A DNA stretch of 64,000 bases from Nanobdellota archaeon (GCA_043814765.1 JBDRJQ010000028.1:29835-93834); one strand, 5' to 3'; counted from the first letter of the stretch, positions 28,784 through 37,930 are shown. Notes: generated by a model not told the origin, from the letters alone. Numbers and translations are program-made.

Positions 28784-29587
28784 ATGAAAACAGATCACGG
28801 CAAGTTACTAAAGGATTCATTAAAATTTGCAGTAAAACCAGAGAGATGGCTACCTTTTTTTATAACAGATTTCTTGGCTTGCACAGTAGCTCTATTTTAC
28901 ATCCTGTTCAATGCTCCTGCAATCGTAAGCTTGATGAATTCAACAAATGGAATGGCAGTGCTTGGAGGACTAGTGCAGTCTGGTTTGGTTTTATTCACGG
29001 TTTTCATTGTATGGATTTTAATAAGATTATGGTTGCAAACATCAGTAGTTCATCAAAGCTACAAAGAAAAACAATATAATCAAAGCTTCAAAATTGGTTA
29101 CAAAAAACTGCCTTCTGTGTTGGCAGCAGTAATAATTATAGGGTTTATAGGAACACTGGTCAGCGTTATACCTTTCTTTGGCGTCATACTGGCTATATTG
29201 GTAGGGATAATGTTTTTCTTTGCAATGCAAGCAATTGTTGTTGGAAACTATGGATTTTATGACGCAATGATGAAGTCATATAAAATATTCAGAAAGAAGC
29301 CGTTTGAAGTTATAGTTGCATGGTTTATAATAAGTCTGGTAAGCTTCTTTATTACAACAGCATTTGCTATACCAATTTCAACACTTTTCATCAATGTGCT
29401 TATTTCAATGGTTTCCCAGTCAGGCTCTATGGTATCCGGTGCTCTATTGTCTTCATATGTAGTTAATCTGGTACAGGCGTACCTTCCTGTTGTAATAATA
29501 ACAGGCATAGTAGCTCTAATAGGTTTTGCCATAGCAAACGTTTTCTCATTAAAAGCCCAAACAGAGTATTATCTTAAAATGAAATAA
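28784..29587 (+). CDS. polytopic membrane protein (6+ TM)
   Basis: Hydrophobicity pattern only. Confidence 0.4.
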   Translation: MKTDHGKLLKDSLKFAVKPERWLPFFITDFLACTVALFYILFNAPAIVSLMNSTNGMAVLGGLVQSGLVLFTVFIVWILIRLWLQTSVVHQSYKEKQYNQSFKIGYKKLPSVLAAVIIIGFIGTLVSVIPFFGVILAILVGIMFFFAMQAIVVGNYGFYDAMMKSYKIFRKKPFEVIVAWFIISLVSFFITTAFAIPISTLFINVLISMVSQSGSMVSGALLSSYVVNLVQAYLPVVIITGIVALIGFAIANVFSLKAQTEYYLKMK

Positions 29588-29644
29588 AATCTCGGCCAGG
29601 ATGCTGAACATTAATTATATTAACCTGTTTTACAAGTTTTAACC

Positions 29645-30832
29645 ATGTTAATCGGTATAGTCGGTAAGTCAAACACAGGAAAAACGACTTTCTTTAGCGC
29701 TGCTACGCTAGTTGATGCAGAAATAAGCAACAGGATATTCACAACTATAAAGCCAAACAGGGGTGTTAGCTATGCAAGAATCGATTGCGTGTGCAAGAAT
29801 TTGGGAGTTACTTGCGATGCAAAAAACTCTAAGTGCATAGATAATGTGCGCTTCATACCAATAAAAATGGTTGACATTGCTGGTCTTGTACCAGGTGCTC
29901 ATGAAGGAAAGGGTCTTGGAAACCAGTTTTTATCTGACATAATGGAAGCAGACGCTTTAATACATGTTGTAGACATATCAGGCAGCACAGACAAAGAAGG
30001 CAATCCAATAGAACCTGGAAGCTTTGATCCTTTGGATGACATTAGATTTTTACCGAAAGAAATATGTTACTGGATTCTTGGCATACTAAAAAAGAACTGG
30101 GACACCATATGCAAAAGAGTCAAGGCAACAAAAGAGAATTTACATGAAGCTATATACAACCAGTTTTCAGGATTAAAAATTAATCCAGAAGATGTAAAGA
30201 ATATTGTTAAAAAAACCGGTTTAAGTGCAATATCGTCTGATGAAAAAATAATAGAGTTTATTACTGAGTTATTAGATAAAAGCAAACCCATAGCGATAGC
30301 AGCCAACAAGATAGATATTGAAACGGCTGAAAAAAACATAGAAAGAGCCAAGAGTGAGGGATTTGATGTTATTCCATGCTCAGCAGAAACTGAATTAACA
30401 CTCAGACGAGCAGAAAAAAAAGGGTTAATAAAATACAAACCCGGCGCAAATTATTTTGATATAATTTCTGATGACATGGATGAAAAACAAAAGGAAGCTT
30501 TGGATTTCCTGCGCAACAGAGTTATTAGAAAGTATGGTTCAACTGGCGTGCAGAAAACAATAAACAAAACAGTTTTTGATGTTCTGAATTACATAGTAGT
30601 TTATCCAGTAAGCAATATTAACAGCTTAACTGACAAATCTGGTAATGTTTTGCCTGATGTGCATCTAGTTCCCAAAGGAACAAAGCTAAAGGATTTTGCT
30701 GGCATGATACATACTGACATAAAAGAAAAATTCATAGGCGGATTAAAACATGACGGCGATAAAACGCCACGCATAGGTGCTGACTATGAACTGCAAAACA
30801 ATGATATTGTTGAAATTCTAACTGGTAAATAA
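29645..30832 (+). CDS. Obg-family GTPase (YchF/Ygr210-like) with C-terminal TGS-like domain
   Basis: G1 GIVGKSNTGKTTFF, G3 DIAGLV, NKID G4 motif. About 395 aa. Confidence 0.65.
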   Translation: MLIGIVGKSNTGKTTFFSAATLVDAEISNRIFTTIKPNRGVSYARIDCVCKNLGVTCDAKNSKCIDNVRFIPIKMVDIAGLVPGAHEGKGLGNQFLSDIMEADALIHVVDISGSTDKEGNPIEPGSFDPLDDIRFLPKEICYWILGILKKNWDTICKRVKATKENLHEAIYNQFSGLKINPEDVKNIVKKTGLSAISSDEKIIEFITELLDKSKPIAIAANKIDIETAEKNIERAKSEGFDVIPCSAETELTLRRAEKKGLIKYKPGANYFDIISDDMDEKQKEALDFLRNRVIRKYGSTGVQKTINKTVFDVLNYIVVYPVSNINSLTDKSGNVLPDVHLVPKGTKLKDFAGMIHTDIKEKFIGGLKHDGDKTPRIGADYELQNNDIVEILTGK

Positions 30833-30864
30833 ATGCTTATAAGTTAGTTCTTCAAAGGTAATGT

Positions 30865-31596
30865 ATGCTCTACTTAATAGGTATTGGGCTTTGGAACGAG
30901 AAAGATATCTCATTGAGGGGTGTTGATGCTTGCAAAAAATGCGAGTATGTTTATGCAGAGCTATACACTGCAAAATGGGGCGGAAACATTGAAATACTAG
31001 GGAAGATTGTAGGGAAAAATATCACAATTATTAACAGACGAGATTTGGAAGAAAAATCTAAGGACATAATAGAAAAGGCCAGGGAAAGGGATATTGCTGT
31101 CCTTATGCCTGGTGATCCGCTTTTTGCAACAACTCATATAAAATTATTACAAGAAGCAAAAGAAAAAAATATAAAAACGGAAGTTATTCACTCTTCATCA
31201 ATTTATACTGCTGTAGCAGAATCGGGTTTGAATGTATACAATTTTGGAAAAACGGTTAGCATTCCTTCTCCTGAAGAAAATTTCCAACCGATTTCTTATT
31301 ATGAAGAAATTGCTAAAAACAAAGCTGCAGGACTGCACACTCTTATACTTCTTGACATAGAAATGACTGTACAAGACGCTATGAAGATTCTTTTTGAGAT
31401 AGAGGATGAGAAAAAGAAAAAGGTTATCAAAGAAGACAATAAAATAGTTGTTGTTTCGAGACTTGGTTCAAAAAACAGAATAATAAAATACGATACGGCT
31501 AGTGCCATATCAAAAGAGAGCATACCAGCTCCTGCTGCCATAATAATACCAAGCAAATTGCATTTTATAGAAGAAGAGTTCCTGGAAAAGCTTTAG
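30865..31596 (+). CDS. dph5: diphthine synthase (Dph5)
   Basis: MLYLIGIGLWNEKDISLRG... tetrapyrrole-methylase fold, 243 aa, typical archaeal DphB. Confidence 0.75.
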   Translation: MLYLIGIGLWNEKDISLRGVDACKKCEYVYAELYTAKWGGNIEILGKIVGKNITIINRRDLEEKSKDIIEKARERDIAVLMPGDPLFATTHIKLLQEAKEKNIKTEVIHSSSIYTAVAESGLNVYNFGKTVSIPSPEENFQPISYYEEIAKNKAAGLHTLILLDIEMTVQDAMKILFEIEDEKKKKVIKEDNKIVVVSRLGSKNRIIKYDTASAISKESIPAPAAIIIPSKLHFIEEEFLEKL

Positions 31597-31607
31597 CTTT
31601 GTTTTAA

Positions 31608-31793
31608 CTATTCTTTGCTTCTTCCGGTTTCCTTTCTGTATGTTTCTGTCCATTTTATGTGTTTGCCTTGTCTGCCTTTAGTCCAGTTTTTTTCGCATTT
31701 TGATCCGCAAAAATAGAAAATCTTGCCATCGTTCTTTACGAACATTTTTCCTTTACCTTCAGGAGTTTGTTCTCCACAAAAATTACATTTCAT
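31608..31793 (-). CDS. rpl24e: ribosomal protein L24e
   Basis: MKCNFCGEQTPEGKGKMFVKNDGKIFYFCGSKC zinc-binding fold, 61 aa. Confidence 0.8.
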   Translation of the reverse strand: MKCNFCGEQTPEGKGKMFVKNDGKIFYFCGSKCEKNWTKGRQGKHIKWTETYRKETGRSKE

Positions 31794-31802
31794 AAAATAC
31801 CT

Positions 31803-32003
31803 TTACCTGTTCTGGAATCTGCCCTCAGCATCCATCGTGGTGTCCTTTAACAGCAGTATGTCGCCGACTCTTATAGGGCCCATAACATTTCTTGTCACTA
31901 TCTTGCCTTTATCATAACCGTCAAGAACGCGACACCTAACTCTGCTAACTCCTTTAACACCCATTCTTCCCATGATTTCTGTGACCTCTGCTGATGTAGT
32001 CAT
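31803..32003 (-). CDS. rps28e: ribosomal protein S28e
   Basis: [25 protein letters not shown]...[20 protein letters not shown], 66 aa. Confidence 0.8.
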   Translation of the reverse strand: MTTSAEVTEIMGRMGVKGVSRVRCRVLDGYDKGKIVTRNVMGPIRVGDILLLKDTTMDAEGRFQNR

Positions 32004-32009
32004 ATTATA

Positions 32010-32372
32010 TCACTTCTTCAGTGCCTTTATTTTTGAAGCAATGTCAGCAACGATTTTTTTTGCGTCACCTTCTTCAACAACTGCTATTGAAGATGTTGGC
32101 ACGTCAATACCAGCGGATTTTCCCAGTTCAATTTTTGAAGGCACAAATGCGTATGGAACTTGCTTCTCTTCACAAAGTACAGGAATGTGCATCAAAACCT
32201 CTTCAGGCGTGACATCCTCTGCCATTACAACTAGTTTAGCTGTTCCTCTTTCTATTGCTTTTGTAGCCTCGTTTACTCCCTTTCTTATTTTGCCGCTAGC
32301 CTTTGCTACGCTTATTGCTTCATAAACCTTACTAACAAGGTCCTTTGGCATCTCGAATTTTGCTATCGCCAT
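32010..32372 (-). CDS. rpl7ae: ribosomal protein L7Ae (also a C/D and H/ACA snoRNP/RNase P subunit)
   Basis: KASGKIRKGVNEATKAIERGTAKLVVMAEDVTPEE K-turn-binding core. Conserved L7Ae-S28e-L24e cluster. Confidence 0.85.
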   Translation of the reverse strand: MAIAKFEMPKDLVSKVYEAISVAKASGKIRKGVNEATKAIERGTAKLVVMAEDVTPEEVLMHIPVLCEEKQVPYAFVPSKIELGKSAGIDVPTSSIAVVEEGDAKKIVADIASKIKALKK

Positions 32373-32391
32373 ATCATCCCTCCGTTAACAT

Positions 32392-32718
32392 TTAGATTGA
32401 TTTTTTATTTATTGAGTTCTTATTTAAATGCTTGACTAGGTTTTTATAGAAATCTATAGCCTCACTAAGCATTTTTTCACCCTTTTCAGTAATATGGTAT
32501 ATTTTCTTTCTGCCATATTCTTCTTTTCTAACAAGACCTGATTTCCCTAAAAGATACAAAACTTTATAGGCAGTCATAGTACCTGGCTTGAATCCGAATC
32601 TTTTTTCTATTTCTTTGCGCAGAGTGTATGCGTGTGACGGTTCATCTTTAAGTATATGCAATATATATATCCACAAACATTCCCTAGTATTCAGTAACTT
32701 AAGACGTCTAAGAGGCAT
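32392..32718 (-). CDS. PadR-family transcriptional regulator
   Basis: 108 aa winged helix with LWIYILHILKDEPSHAYTLRKEIEKRFGFKPGTMTAYKVLYLLGKSGLV. Confidence 0.7.
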   Translation of the reverse strand: MPLRRLKLLNTRECLWIYILHILKDEPSHAYTLRKEIEKRFGFKPGTMTAYKVLYLLGKSGLVRKEEYGRKKIYHITEKGEKMLSEAIDFYKNLVKHLNKNSINKKSI

Positions 32719-32752
32719 ATTATCTAATTCCTTGATTATCTTTGTCTATTAG

Positions 32753-32786
32753 TTCAAAGACGACTAAAGTCGTCAAACTATATAAT
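32753..32786 (-). promoter_or_regulatory. TATA box ATTATATAG plus palindromic operator TTTGACGAC-TTTA-GTCGTCTTTGAA immediately upstream of the PadR gene
   Basis: Perfect inverted repeat GACGAC/GTCGTC, spacer 4, abutting the TATA element, ~35-65 nt upstream of the PadR ATG (minus strand). Confidence 0.55.
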
Positions 32787-32805
32787 ATTTTACATTTGTA
32801 TAATA

Positions 32806-32910
32806 TAACCTTTACAAAACAATGTCTTTCGTAGTGTCTTGCGTTCGGTTTTGAACGCAGAAAAACAAAACCTTTATATATACATTGTTACTAGGTAATA
32901 GTAACATAGC
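32806..32910 (+). promoter_or_regulatory. promoter block X: TGTCTTTCGTA + GTGTCTTGCGT motifs, TATA (CCTTTATATATA), TAATAGTAACA at predicted TSS; followed by a ~180-nt leader
   Basis: Same motif order recurs at 37080..37200 (block Y). Confidence 0.45.
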
Positions 32911-33086
32911 TCTTTTGAACGGTAAAAGGTTCGCTGAGTTATCTTACACACGGAAAAAAAACTAGTTATTGGGTCTTAATGATCTGATAGCTTTCAACCA
33001 TAATTGGTACACTGGAACTATTTTTCAGCCTTAGGGCTCAATAATGAACGTGTGAATAAAACAAAAAAAATAAGGAGAAAACAGAA

Positions 33087-33839
33087 ATGAAGCTGTTAAA
33101 AACTACTGCCGTTCTTCTGTCGATTTTCTTTGTTCTCTGCATGGCCACTGTTTGCTATGCTGGCCCAGAAAACGGCAACGGCGCAGTTGACATTCTGACA
33201 AAGTCAGATTTGACTGATCTTCATAACACCATAATTATTGGAATTGTGGTGTTCGCATTAATCATGGTTGCGGTTATTCTTATTTTAATGTTTAGACCGC
33301 GACAAACACTTCCAGCAGTTGTTGAACTGGAACCGGAACCTGATAATCCTGAACCCAGCCCTGATTGGATGAGGTCCGGAGCAAAAAGAATAGCCAAAGA
33401 AGCGGTAGCTGGCATCGAAGAGGATCTCTCGATTGATATTGCCGGTGAATTGACAGATTTGGTAATAGGAGCAAGAACTGCTTCTGAAAACGCACGAAGA
33501 GAATTCATGCGTGTTTTCCGTCAAAGATTGAACGGTGGCAGCGATATCGATGCTCTTATAGATGAAGCCATCCGGCTAAGAGTGCGAGAACGGGGAGCTG
33601 AGCTTCCTCCGGAAGTTCTGGAACATGCAACAGATCCAACAGTTACTCAGGAAGAAGTGGATGCTCTTAACGCTGCTGTTAACACTGAAATGGCTCCGGA
33701 CCCGATTCTGACATTACTTGAGCGATTAGTGGATGGTCAGGCTGCTGCAACAGAAGCTATTCGAAATTTGACAGCTGCTGTAACACCTCCCCCTGACGAA
33801 ACATCGCATGCTCCAGACAGTAGCGGCGATGCAGGTTAA
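33087..33839 (+). CDS. secreted/membrane-anchored acidic protein (signal peptide, one TM, Pro/Glu-rich)
   Basis: N-terminal signal MKLLKTTAVLLSIFFVLCMATVCYA, TM IIIGIVVFALIMVAVILILMF. Higher GC than neighbours. AAGGAGA ribosome-binding site. Confidence 0.5.
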   Translation: MKLLKTTAVLLSIFFVLCMATVCYAGPENGNGAVDILTKSDLTDLHNTIIIGIVVFALIMVAVILILMFRPRQTLPAVVELEPEPDNPEPSPDWMRSGAKRIAKEAVAGIEEDLSIDIAGELTDLVIGARTASENARREFMRVFRQRLNGGSDIDALIDEAIRLRVRERGAELPPEVLEHATDPTVTQEEVDALNAAVNTEMAPDPILTLLERLVDGQAAATEAIRNLTAAVTPPPDETSHAPDSSGDAG

Positions 33840-33925
33840 CCCCCAACTGCCCAATAAACATGGGAGGAGAGTCTGTTCAATCAGGCCTCCTCCCAAAAAT
33901 CTCTGAACATTAAACAAGGAGGATT

Positions 33926-34405
33926 ATGATGAGAATCCTAAACATAATCTCATCTTTTTTTATTGCTTTCTGGGGACTGGTTAAGGGATTCTTCACCATT
34001 CTCCTGAAGTGCATTTGGATAGCAATCAAGTGGTTTTTCATAGCCCTTTGGAAACTGCTTAATTGGATCTGGAATAAAATCATTCTTGTCCAGAATTGGT
34101 TCAAAAGGACCAAACTTGGACGGGATTTGCGAAGAGGAAAGCGATGGCCGCGCATCACAGTGATGAGCCTAATGCTTTTCATTCTTTTTTCCGTCTTATG
34201 TTTTTCACTTCTTTTCTCCGGTCATAAAATGACTGGATTAATAATATCATTGTTTATTCTTTTTGGTCTTGTGCCTTTCTTTGGCACATGGGCCAGAAAT
34301 ATGTATCAAGCAGAGAATGCCGAACCAAAAAAGCGGCACTCAATGATTGACCATATTCCCTGGCCGTGGCTGAAAAATCATCCCTGGCGCAGAATTACAG
34401 CATAG
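33926..34405 (+). CDS. Trp-rich polytopic membrane protein
   Basis: 4 TM segments. AGGAGG ribosome-binding site 6 nt upstream. GC-rich island. Confidence 0.45.
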   Translation: MMRILNIISSFFIAFWGLVKGFFTILLKCIWIAIKWFFIALWKLLNWIWNKIILVQNWFKRTKLGRDLRRGKRWPRITVMSLMLFILFSVLCFSLLFSGHKMTGLIISLFILFGLVPFFGTWARNMYQAENAEPKKRHSMIDHIPWPWLKNHPWRRITA

Positions 34406-34459
34406 ATATCCTGATGAGGATGATTCCTGGGTGGAAAAAAAGGAAGAGAGGAGATCATC

Positions 34460-34795
34460 ATGGATGCAATTACCATCTCGGTTGGGCATCTGACATGCCT
34501 GCTATATCTCGCTTATATGGTGGGTTGGGTGCTAACCGAATTTGTCGCATATGCGACAAAAAACTTGAAGAGAAGAGGGGTAATCGTTCTGTTCTTGATT
34601 ATCCTGCTGTGCACCGCTGTTCTGTTGCATAATTTCAACAAATGGGATGCATATGGATCGTTTTTCATGGCGACTCTGTTTGTCTTCCCTCCGGCCGCTT
34701 TGGTGTTGCTTTCTCGAGAGGTAAGAGGAGGCAACAAATCAATTAGGGAGAGGATGAGAATCTTTGGTGGTGGCACTAAAGGAGATTCATCATGA
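34460..34795 (+). CDS. membrane protein (3 TM)
   Basis: GAGAGGAGA ribosome-binding site upstream. Overlaps the next gene by 4 nt (ATGA). Confidence 0.45.
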   Translation: MDAITISVGHLTCLLYLAYMVGWVLTEFVAYATKNLKRRGVIVLFLIILLCTAVLLHNFNKWDAYGSFFMATLFVFPPAALVLLSREVRGGNKSIRERMRIFGGGTKGDSS

Positions 34796-35091
34796 ACAAT
34801 TTTAATTTTATTATCGGAATCCTGGTAATCTCGACGCTTCTTTGTCTGGTTTTTGCTGTATGGAATTATCTGAAGCTCAAACGTTATCAGAACACTTATG
34901 TTTGGGCAAGTGGCAAAACTCAGAAAGGTGAGGACTTTCTCATTCTTTCAATTGAGGGTAAAGATGAGGATGCCACTCAGTATGAGTGCCATCGAGATGA
35001 AGAGGGCAAGATAACAATTATCGGACCTGCTGGTGAAAACCTTAAAGGCATTCAACACACGTTCGGTAACGGATATCGTCCTCGGATTTAG
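34792..35091 (+). CDS. small N-terminally anchored protein
   Basis: One TM then soluble domain. Translationally coupled to the upstream gene. Confidence 0.4.
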   Translation: MNNFNFIIGILVISTLLCLVFAVWNYLKLKRYQNTYVWASGKTQKGEDFLILSIEGKDEDATQYECHRDEEGKITIIGPAGENLKGIQHTFGNGYRPRI

Positions 35092-35176
35092 TTCAGGTAG
35101 AGGATGAGACCTCGTGGAACTTTAGGGTTTGATGGTGAGATACGATCAAAAATCCAAAGACCTAAGGAGGTCAACA

Positions 35177-35764
35177 ATGCAGATCGATTTGAATTACGTA
35201 GTAAACGCCATTCTGACCAACCTGGCATATGCAGTTGCGCTTGGGCTGGTTATGTGGGGAATTTGCAGGCTTCTGATAAAAGAACCTGAGGGCAATTACT
35301 GGGCACCAAGGGTCATGATGGTAATATTCCTGATCTCTGCGCTTGTCTTCACATTTTCTGTTGGAAGAATAACATTCCCAGCAGTTGACAATGCTGTAGA
35401 AAACATTTTCTCAGGTGTTTCAACATCGATAGCAAGTGCAACACCACATCCTGTGGTAAACATTCAGGTTGACACACCTCCTCCTACTGTAGTAATACAG
35501 AAGGAGACGAGTCAGCCAGTGGTCCGCGAAAGCGAACCGGTTCCAGAAACAACAGAAGGGGATACCTCAAATGAGAAATTTTCTGTAGACGGTCAGTTTG
35601 AAGATGGTACACCATACCATCTTTACACGATTGTCAGGGGCAATACCATATACAGCTTGTCCCGCAGATTTGGTGTCACCCAGGATGAACTTATGAGGCG
35701 GAACGATCTTAGGATTGGAACGCCTCTCCGTATCGGGAGGGATCTCAGGATTCCTATCAAATGA
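35177..35764 (+). CDS. membrane-anchored LysM-domain protein
   Basis: C-terminal LysM: YTIVRGNTIYSLSRRFGVTQDELMRRNDLRIGTPLRIGRDLRIP. Start placed at ATG 35177 with AAGGAGG 7 nt upstream; the ORF-track start 35129 is the alternative. Confidence 0.55.
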   Translation: MQIDLNYVVNAILTNLAYAVALGLVMWGICRLLIKEPEGNYWAPRVMMVIFLISALVFTFSVGRITFPAVDNAVENIFSGVSTSIASATPHPVVNIQVDTPPPTVVIQKETSQPVVRESEPVPETTEGDTSNEKFSVDGQFEDGTPYHLYTIVRGNTIYSLSRRFGVTQDELMRRNDLRIGTPLRIGRDLRIPIK

Positions 35765-35903
35765 AGCACAAACAATTGAATAGGTAACTTGGGAGGGGAG
35801 AAAAATCCTCCCTTTCCCTTTTCATATGTCTATCTATAGGGATATATAAATATATTTTACACTAGTAAAGTATTTAAATTTGCAAATACAATTATTTTAC
35901 AGG

Positions 35904-35935
35904 TATAAAATAGTTGACGACTTTATGTCGTCTTT
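35904..35935 (+). promoter_or_regulatory. TATA box TATAAAAT plus palindromic operator TTGACGAC-TTTAT-GTCGTCTTT immediately upstream of the inositol-phosphate synthase gene
   Basis: Near-identical to the PadR-gene operator (32753..32786) but inverted. Overlaps the predicted TSS, 13 nt before the ATG. Confidence 0.5.
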
Positions 35936-35947
35936 AGATATCAGGTG

Positions 35948-37054
35948 ATGTTTTTGAAGGAAATTAAAGTTGCTATCGCAGGAATTGGGAACTGTTGCAG
36001 TTCTCTTATACAGGGAATTCATTATTATAAGAATGTTGACTCAAATGGAGAAAGCATTCCTGGGCTGATGAACAATGTTATTGGGGGTTATAAGATAAGC
36101 GACATAAAACCTGTAGCTGCTTTTGATATTGATATTAGAAAGGTTGGCAGAGATCTGTCTGAAGCTATATTCGCTGAACCAAACTGTACTATAATATTCC
36201 ATAAGGATGTTCCTCATCAGGATGTTGAAGTAAAGATGGCTCCTGTTCTTGATGGTGTAGCTCCTCATATGAAGGAGTTTCCAGACCATCAAACATTCAA
36301 GATTTCTAATGAAAAACCAGTAGATGTAACAAAGGTTCTTAAAGAAAGCGGAGCAGAGATGCTCATCAACTACCTTCCTGTAGGTTCTGAGGACGCTGTA
36401 AGGTATTATGCTCAGGCTGCTTTAGATGCAGGATGTGCTTTTGTTAATTGTATGCCTGTTTTCATTGCGTCCACTGATGAGTGGGCAAAGAAGTTCGAGG
36501 ATAAAGGGCTTCCTATAGTCGGTGATGACATCAAGGCACAGATAGGTGCAACTATAACTCATAGAACACTCGTAAAGTTATTTTCTGATAGAGGTGTAAA
36601 GATAGAAAGAACATATCAGCTTAATACCGGTGGAAACACCGACTTCCTTAACATGATAGAGCGCTCAAGACTCAAAAGCAAGAAGATAAGCAAAACTTCT
36701 TCTGTGCAATCACAGCTACCAACTCCTTTGCATCCTGATAACATACACATAGGACCAAGTGATTATATCCCATGGCAGAAAGACAACAAGATATGTTTCT
36801 TGAGGATAGAAGGAAGGAAGTTTGGAAACGTTCCTACCCATATAGAAGCTCGTCTTTCAGTAGAAGATTCACCCAACAGCGCAGGATGCGTAATAGACGC
36901 AGTGCGCTGCGCAAAGCTAGCATTGGATCGTGGCGTAGGAGGAAGGCTGCTGTCAATTTCAGCATACACAATGAAGCATCCGCCAACACAATATCCTGAT
37001 ACTTTGGCAAAGCAGATGGTTGAAGAGTTCATCAAAGGGGAAAGGGAACGTTAA
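35948..37054 (+). CDS. myo-inositol-1-phosphate (inositol-3-phosphate) synthase
   Basis: N-terminal Rossmann KVAIAGIGNCCSSL. GDDIKAQIGATITHRTLVKLFSDRGVKIERTYQLNTGGNTDFLN resembles the MIPS catalytic region (GxDxKxGxT...NxxGN/D). Start at ATG 35948; GTG 35945 is the alternative. Confidence 0.6.
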   Translation: MFLKEIKVAIAGIGNCCSSLIQGIHYYKNVDSNGESIPGLMNNVIGGYKISDIKPVAAFDIDIRKVGRDLSEAIFAEPNCTIIFHKDVPHQDVEVKMAPVLDGVAPHMKEFPDHQTFKISNEKPVDVTKVLKESGAEMLINYLPVGSEDAVRYYAQAALDAGCAFVNCMPVFIASTDEWAKKFEDKGLPIVGDDIKAQIGATITHRTLVKLFSDRGVKIERTYQLNTGGNTDFLNMIERSRLKSKKISKTSSVQSQLPTPLHPDNIHIGPSDYIPWQKDNKICFLRIEGRKFGNVPTHIEARLSVEDSPNSAGCVIDAVRCAKLALDRGVGGRLLSISAYTMKHPPTQYPDTLAKQMVEEFIKGERER

Positions 37055-37079
37055 AATTTATATAGTATCTTGTTATTTC

Positions 37080-37200
37080 TTTATTGTCTTGCGCAAGACA
37101 AGATTTGTCTTTCGTAATGAAAACAGCACAAATCGAGCTCAAAAAGTGTCTTGCGTACCGATAGCTTTATAAAGCCTTTGTCACTATTTAATAGTAACAA
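37080..37200 (+). promoter_or_regulatory. promoter block Y: palindrome TTGTCTTGCGCAAGACAA, TGTCTTTCGTA, GTGTCTTGCGT, TATA (GCTTTATAAAG), TAATAGTAACA
   Basis: Homologous to block X (32806..32910) with insertions. Lies 36 nt upstream of the ATG of the first gene of the HerA-like operon. Confidence 0.45.
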
Positions 37201-37235
37201 TATGATAAAAACATCGAATAGGTGTGGAGGTCAAT

Positions 37236-37910
37236 ATGAGTAATATATATGTTTCGGAAAATGTTGCAAAACATTTTATACAAGGTGTGACTGATCACGC
37301 CATGGAAGGACAATTGTTAGACATAGAAGGAGAAAAAGAGTTTGTTGTAACATACAGACATGAAGGAAATTTAATTCAAAACACTTTAGTTTTTCCTGTA
37401 AGTGGAAGTATTGAAATTTCAGTAGATTCTTTAAGAAAAAAATATCCAAACATTTACAAAACATTAACAAAAAATAATGATATTGGAGATGCAGATAATG
37501 TTCTTTTATACGAAACAGATTTTACAAAACACAGAGAATTAGTTATTAGCAAAAACGCTAATAATGAAAATTTAGCAAAATATATTGATTTTAATGATAA
37601 TCGTATCCCGTCATATGCAAATAGTGAGTTTGAGCCTGTAGAGGATAATTCTTTAGATAACTTGAAAGAGTCTGCAAATTCAGACTTAGAGTATAAAAGA
37701 GTAAATGGAGTTGTAAGAAACTCACTAACATTCAACTATGGTGAAGAAGAAGCCCAGAGAATGCTAGAAAACTACGGAGAACTTTGGTTTGCTGAAAATG
37801 GTCAATTCGCAGGAGCTAGAGAATGGAATCAATTAGGTGAAGAAAAAGGTTGGGATTTCATGAAAAGGTACACTGAAGATGCAAAAAGGTTTGCACCTAC
37901 AAAAGTTTAG
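37236..37910 (+). CDS. hypothetical protein, paralog 1 of operon (N-terminal YVSEN domain)
   Basis: Start at ATG 37236 with GGAGG 6 nt upstream; the ORF-track start was GTG 37224. MSNIYVSENVAKHF...QNTLVFPVSGSIEISVDSL parallels the next gene. Confidence 0.5.
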   Translation: MSNIYVSENVAKHFIQGVTDHAMEGQLLDIEGEKEFVVTYRHEGNLIQNTLVFPVSGSIEISVDSLRKKYPNIYKTLTKNNDIGDADNVLLYETDFTKHRELVISKNANNENLAKYIDFNDNRIPSYANSEFEPVEDNSLDNLKESANSDLEYKRVNGVVRNSLTFNYGEEEAQRMLENYGELWFAENGQFAGAREWNQLGEEKGWDFMKRYTEDAKRFAPTKV

Positions 37911-37930
37911 AATTAGATTAGAGGTAAAAT

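Noticed and set aside
32753-35935. Site A and site B as simple terminal inverted repeats of a transposon
   Set aside because: Each sits exactly between a TATA box and a gene start, and each is itself a dyad. An operator role fits better; the TIR interpretation is kept only as an alternative inside the PadR finding.
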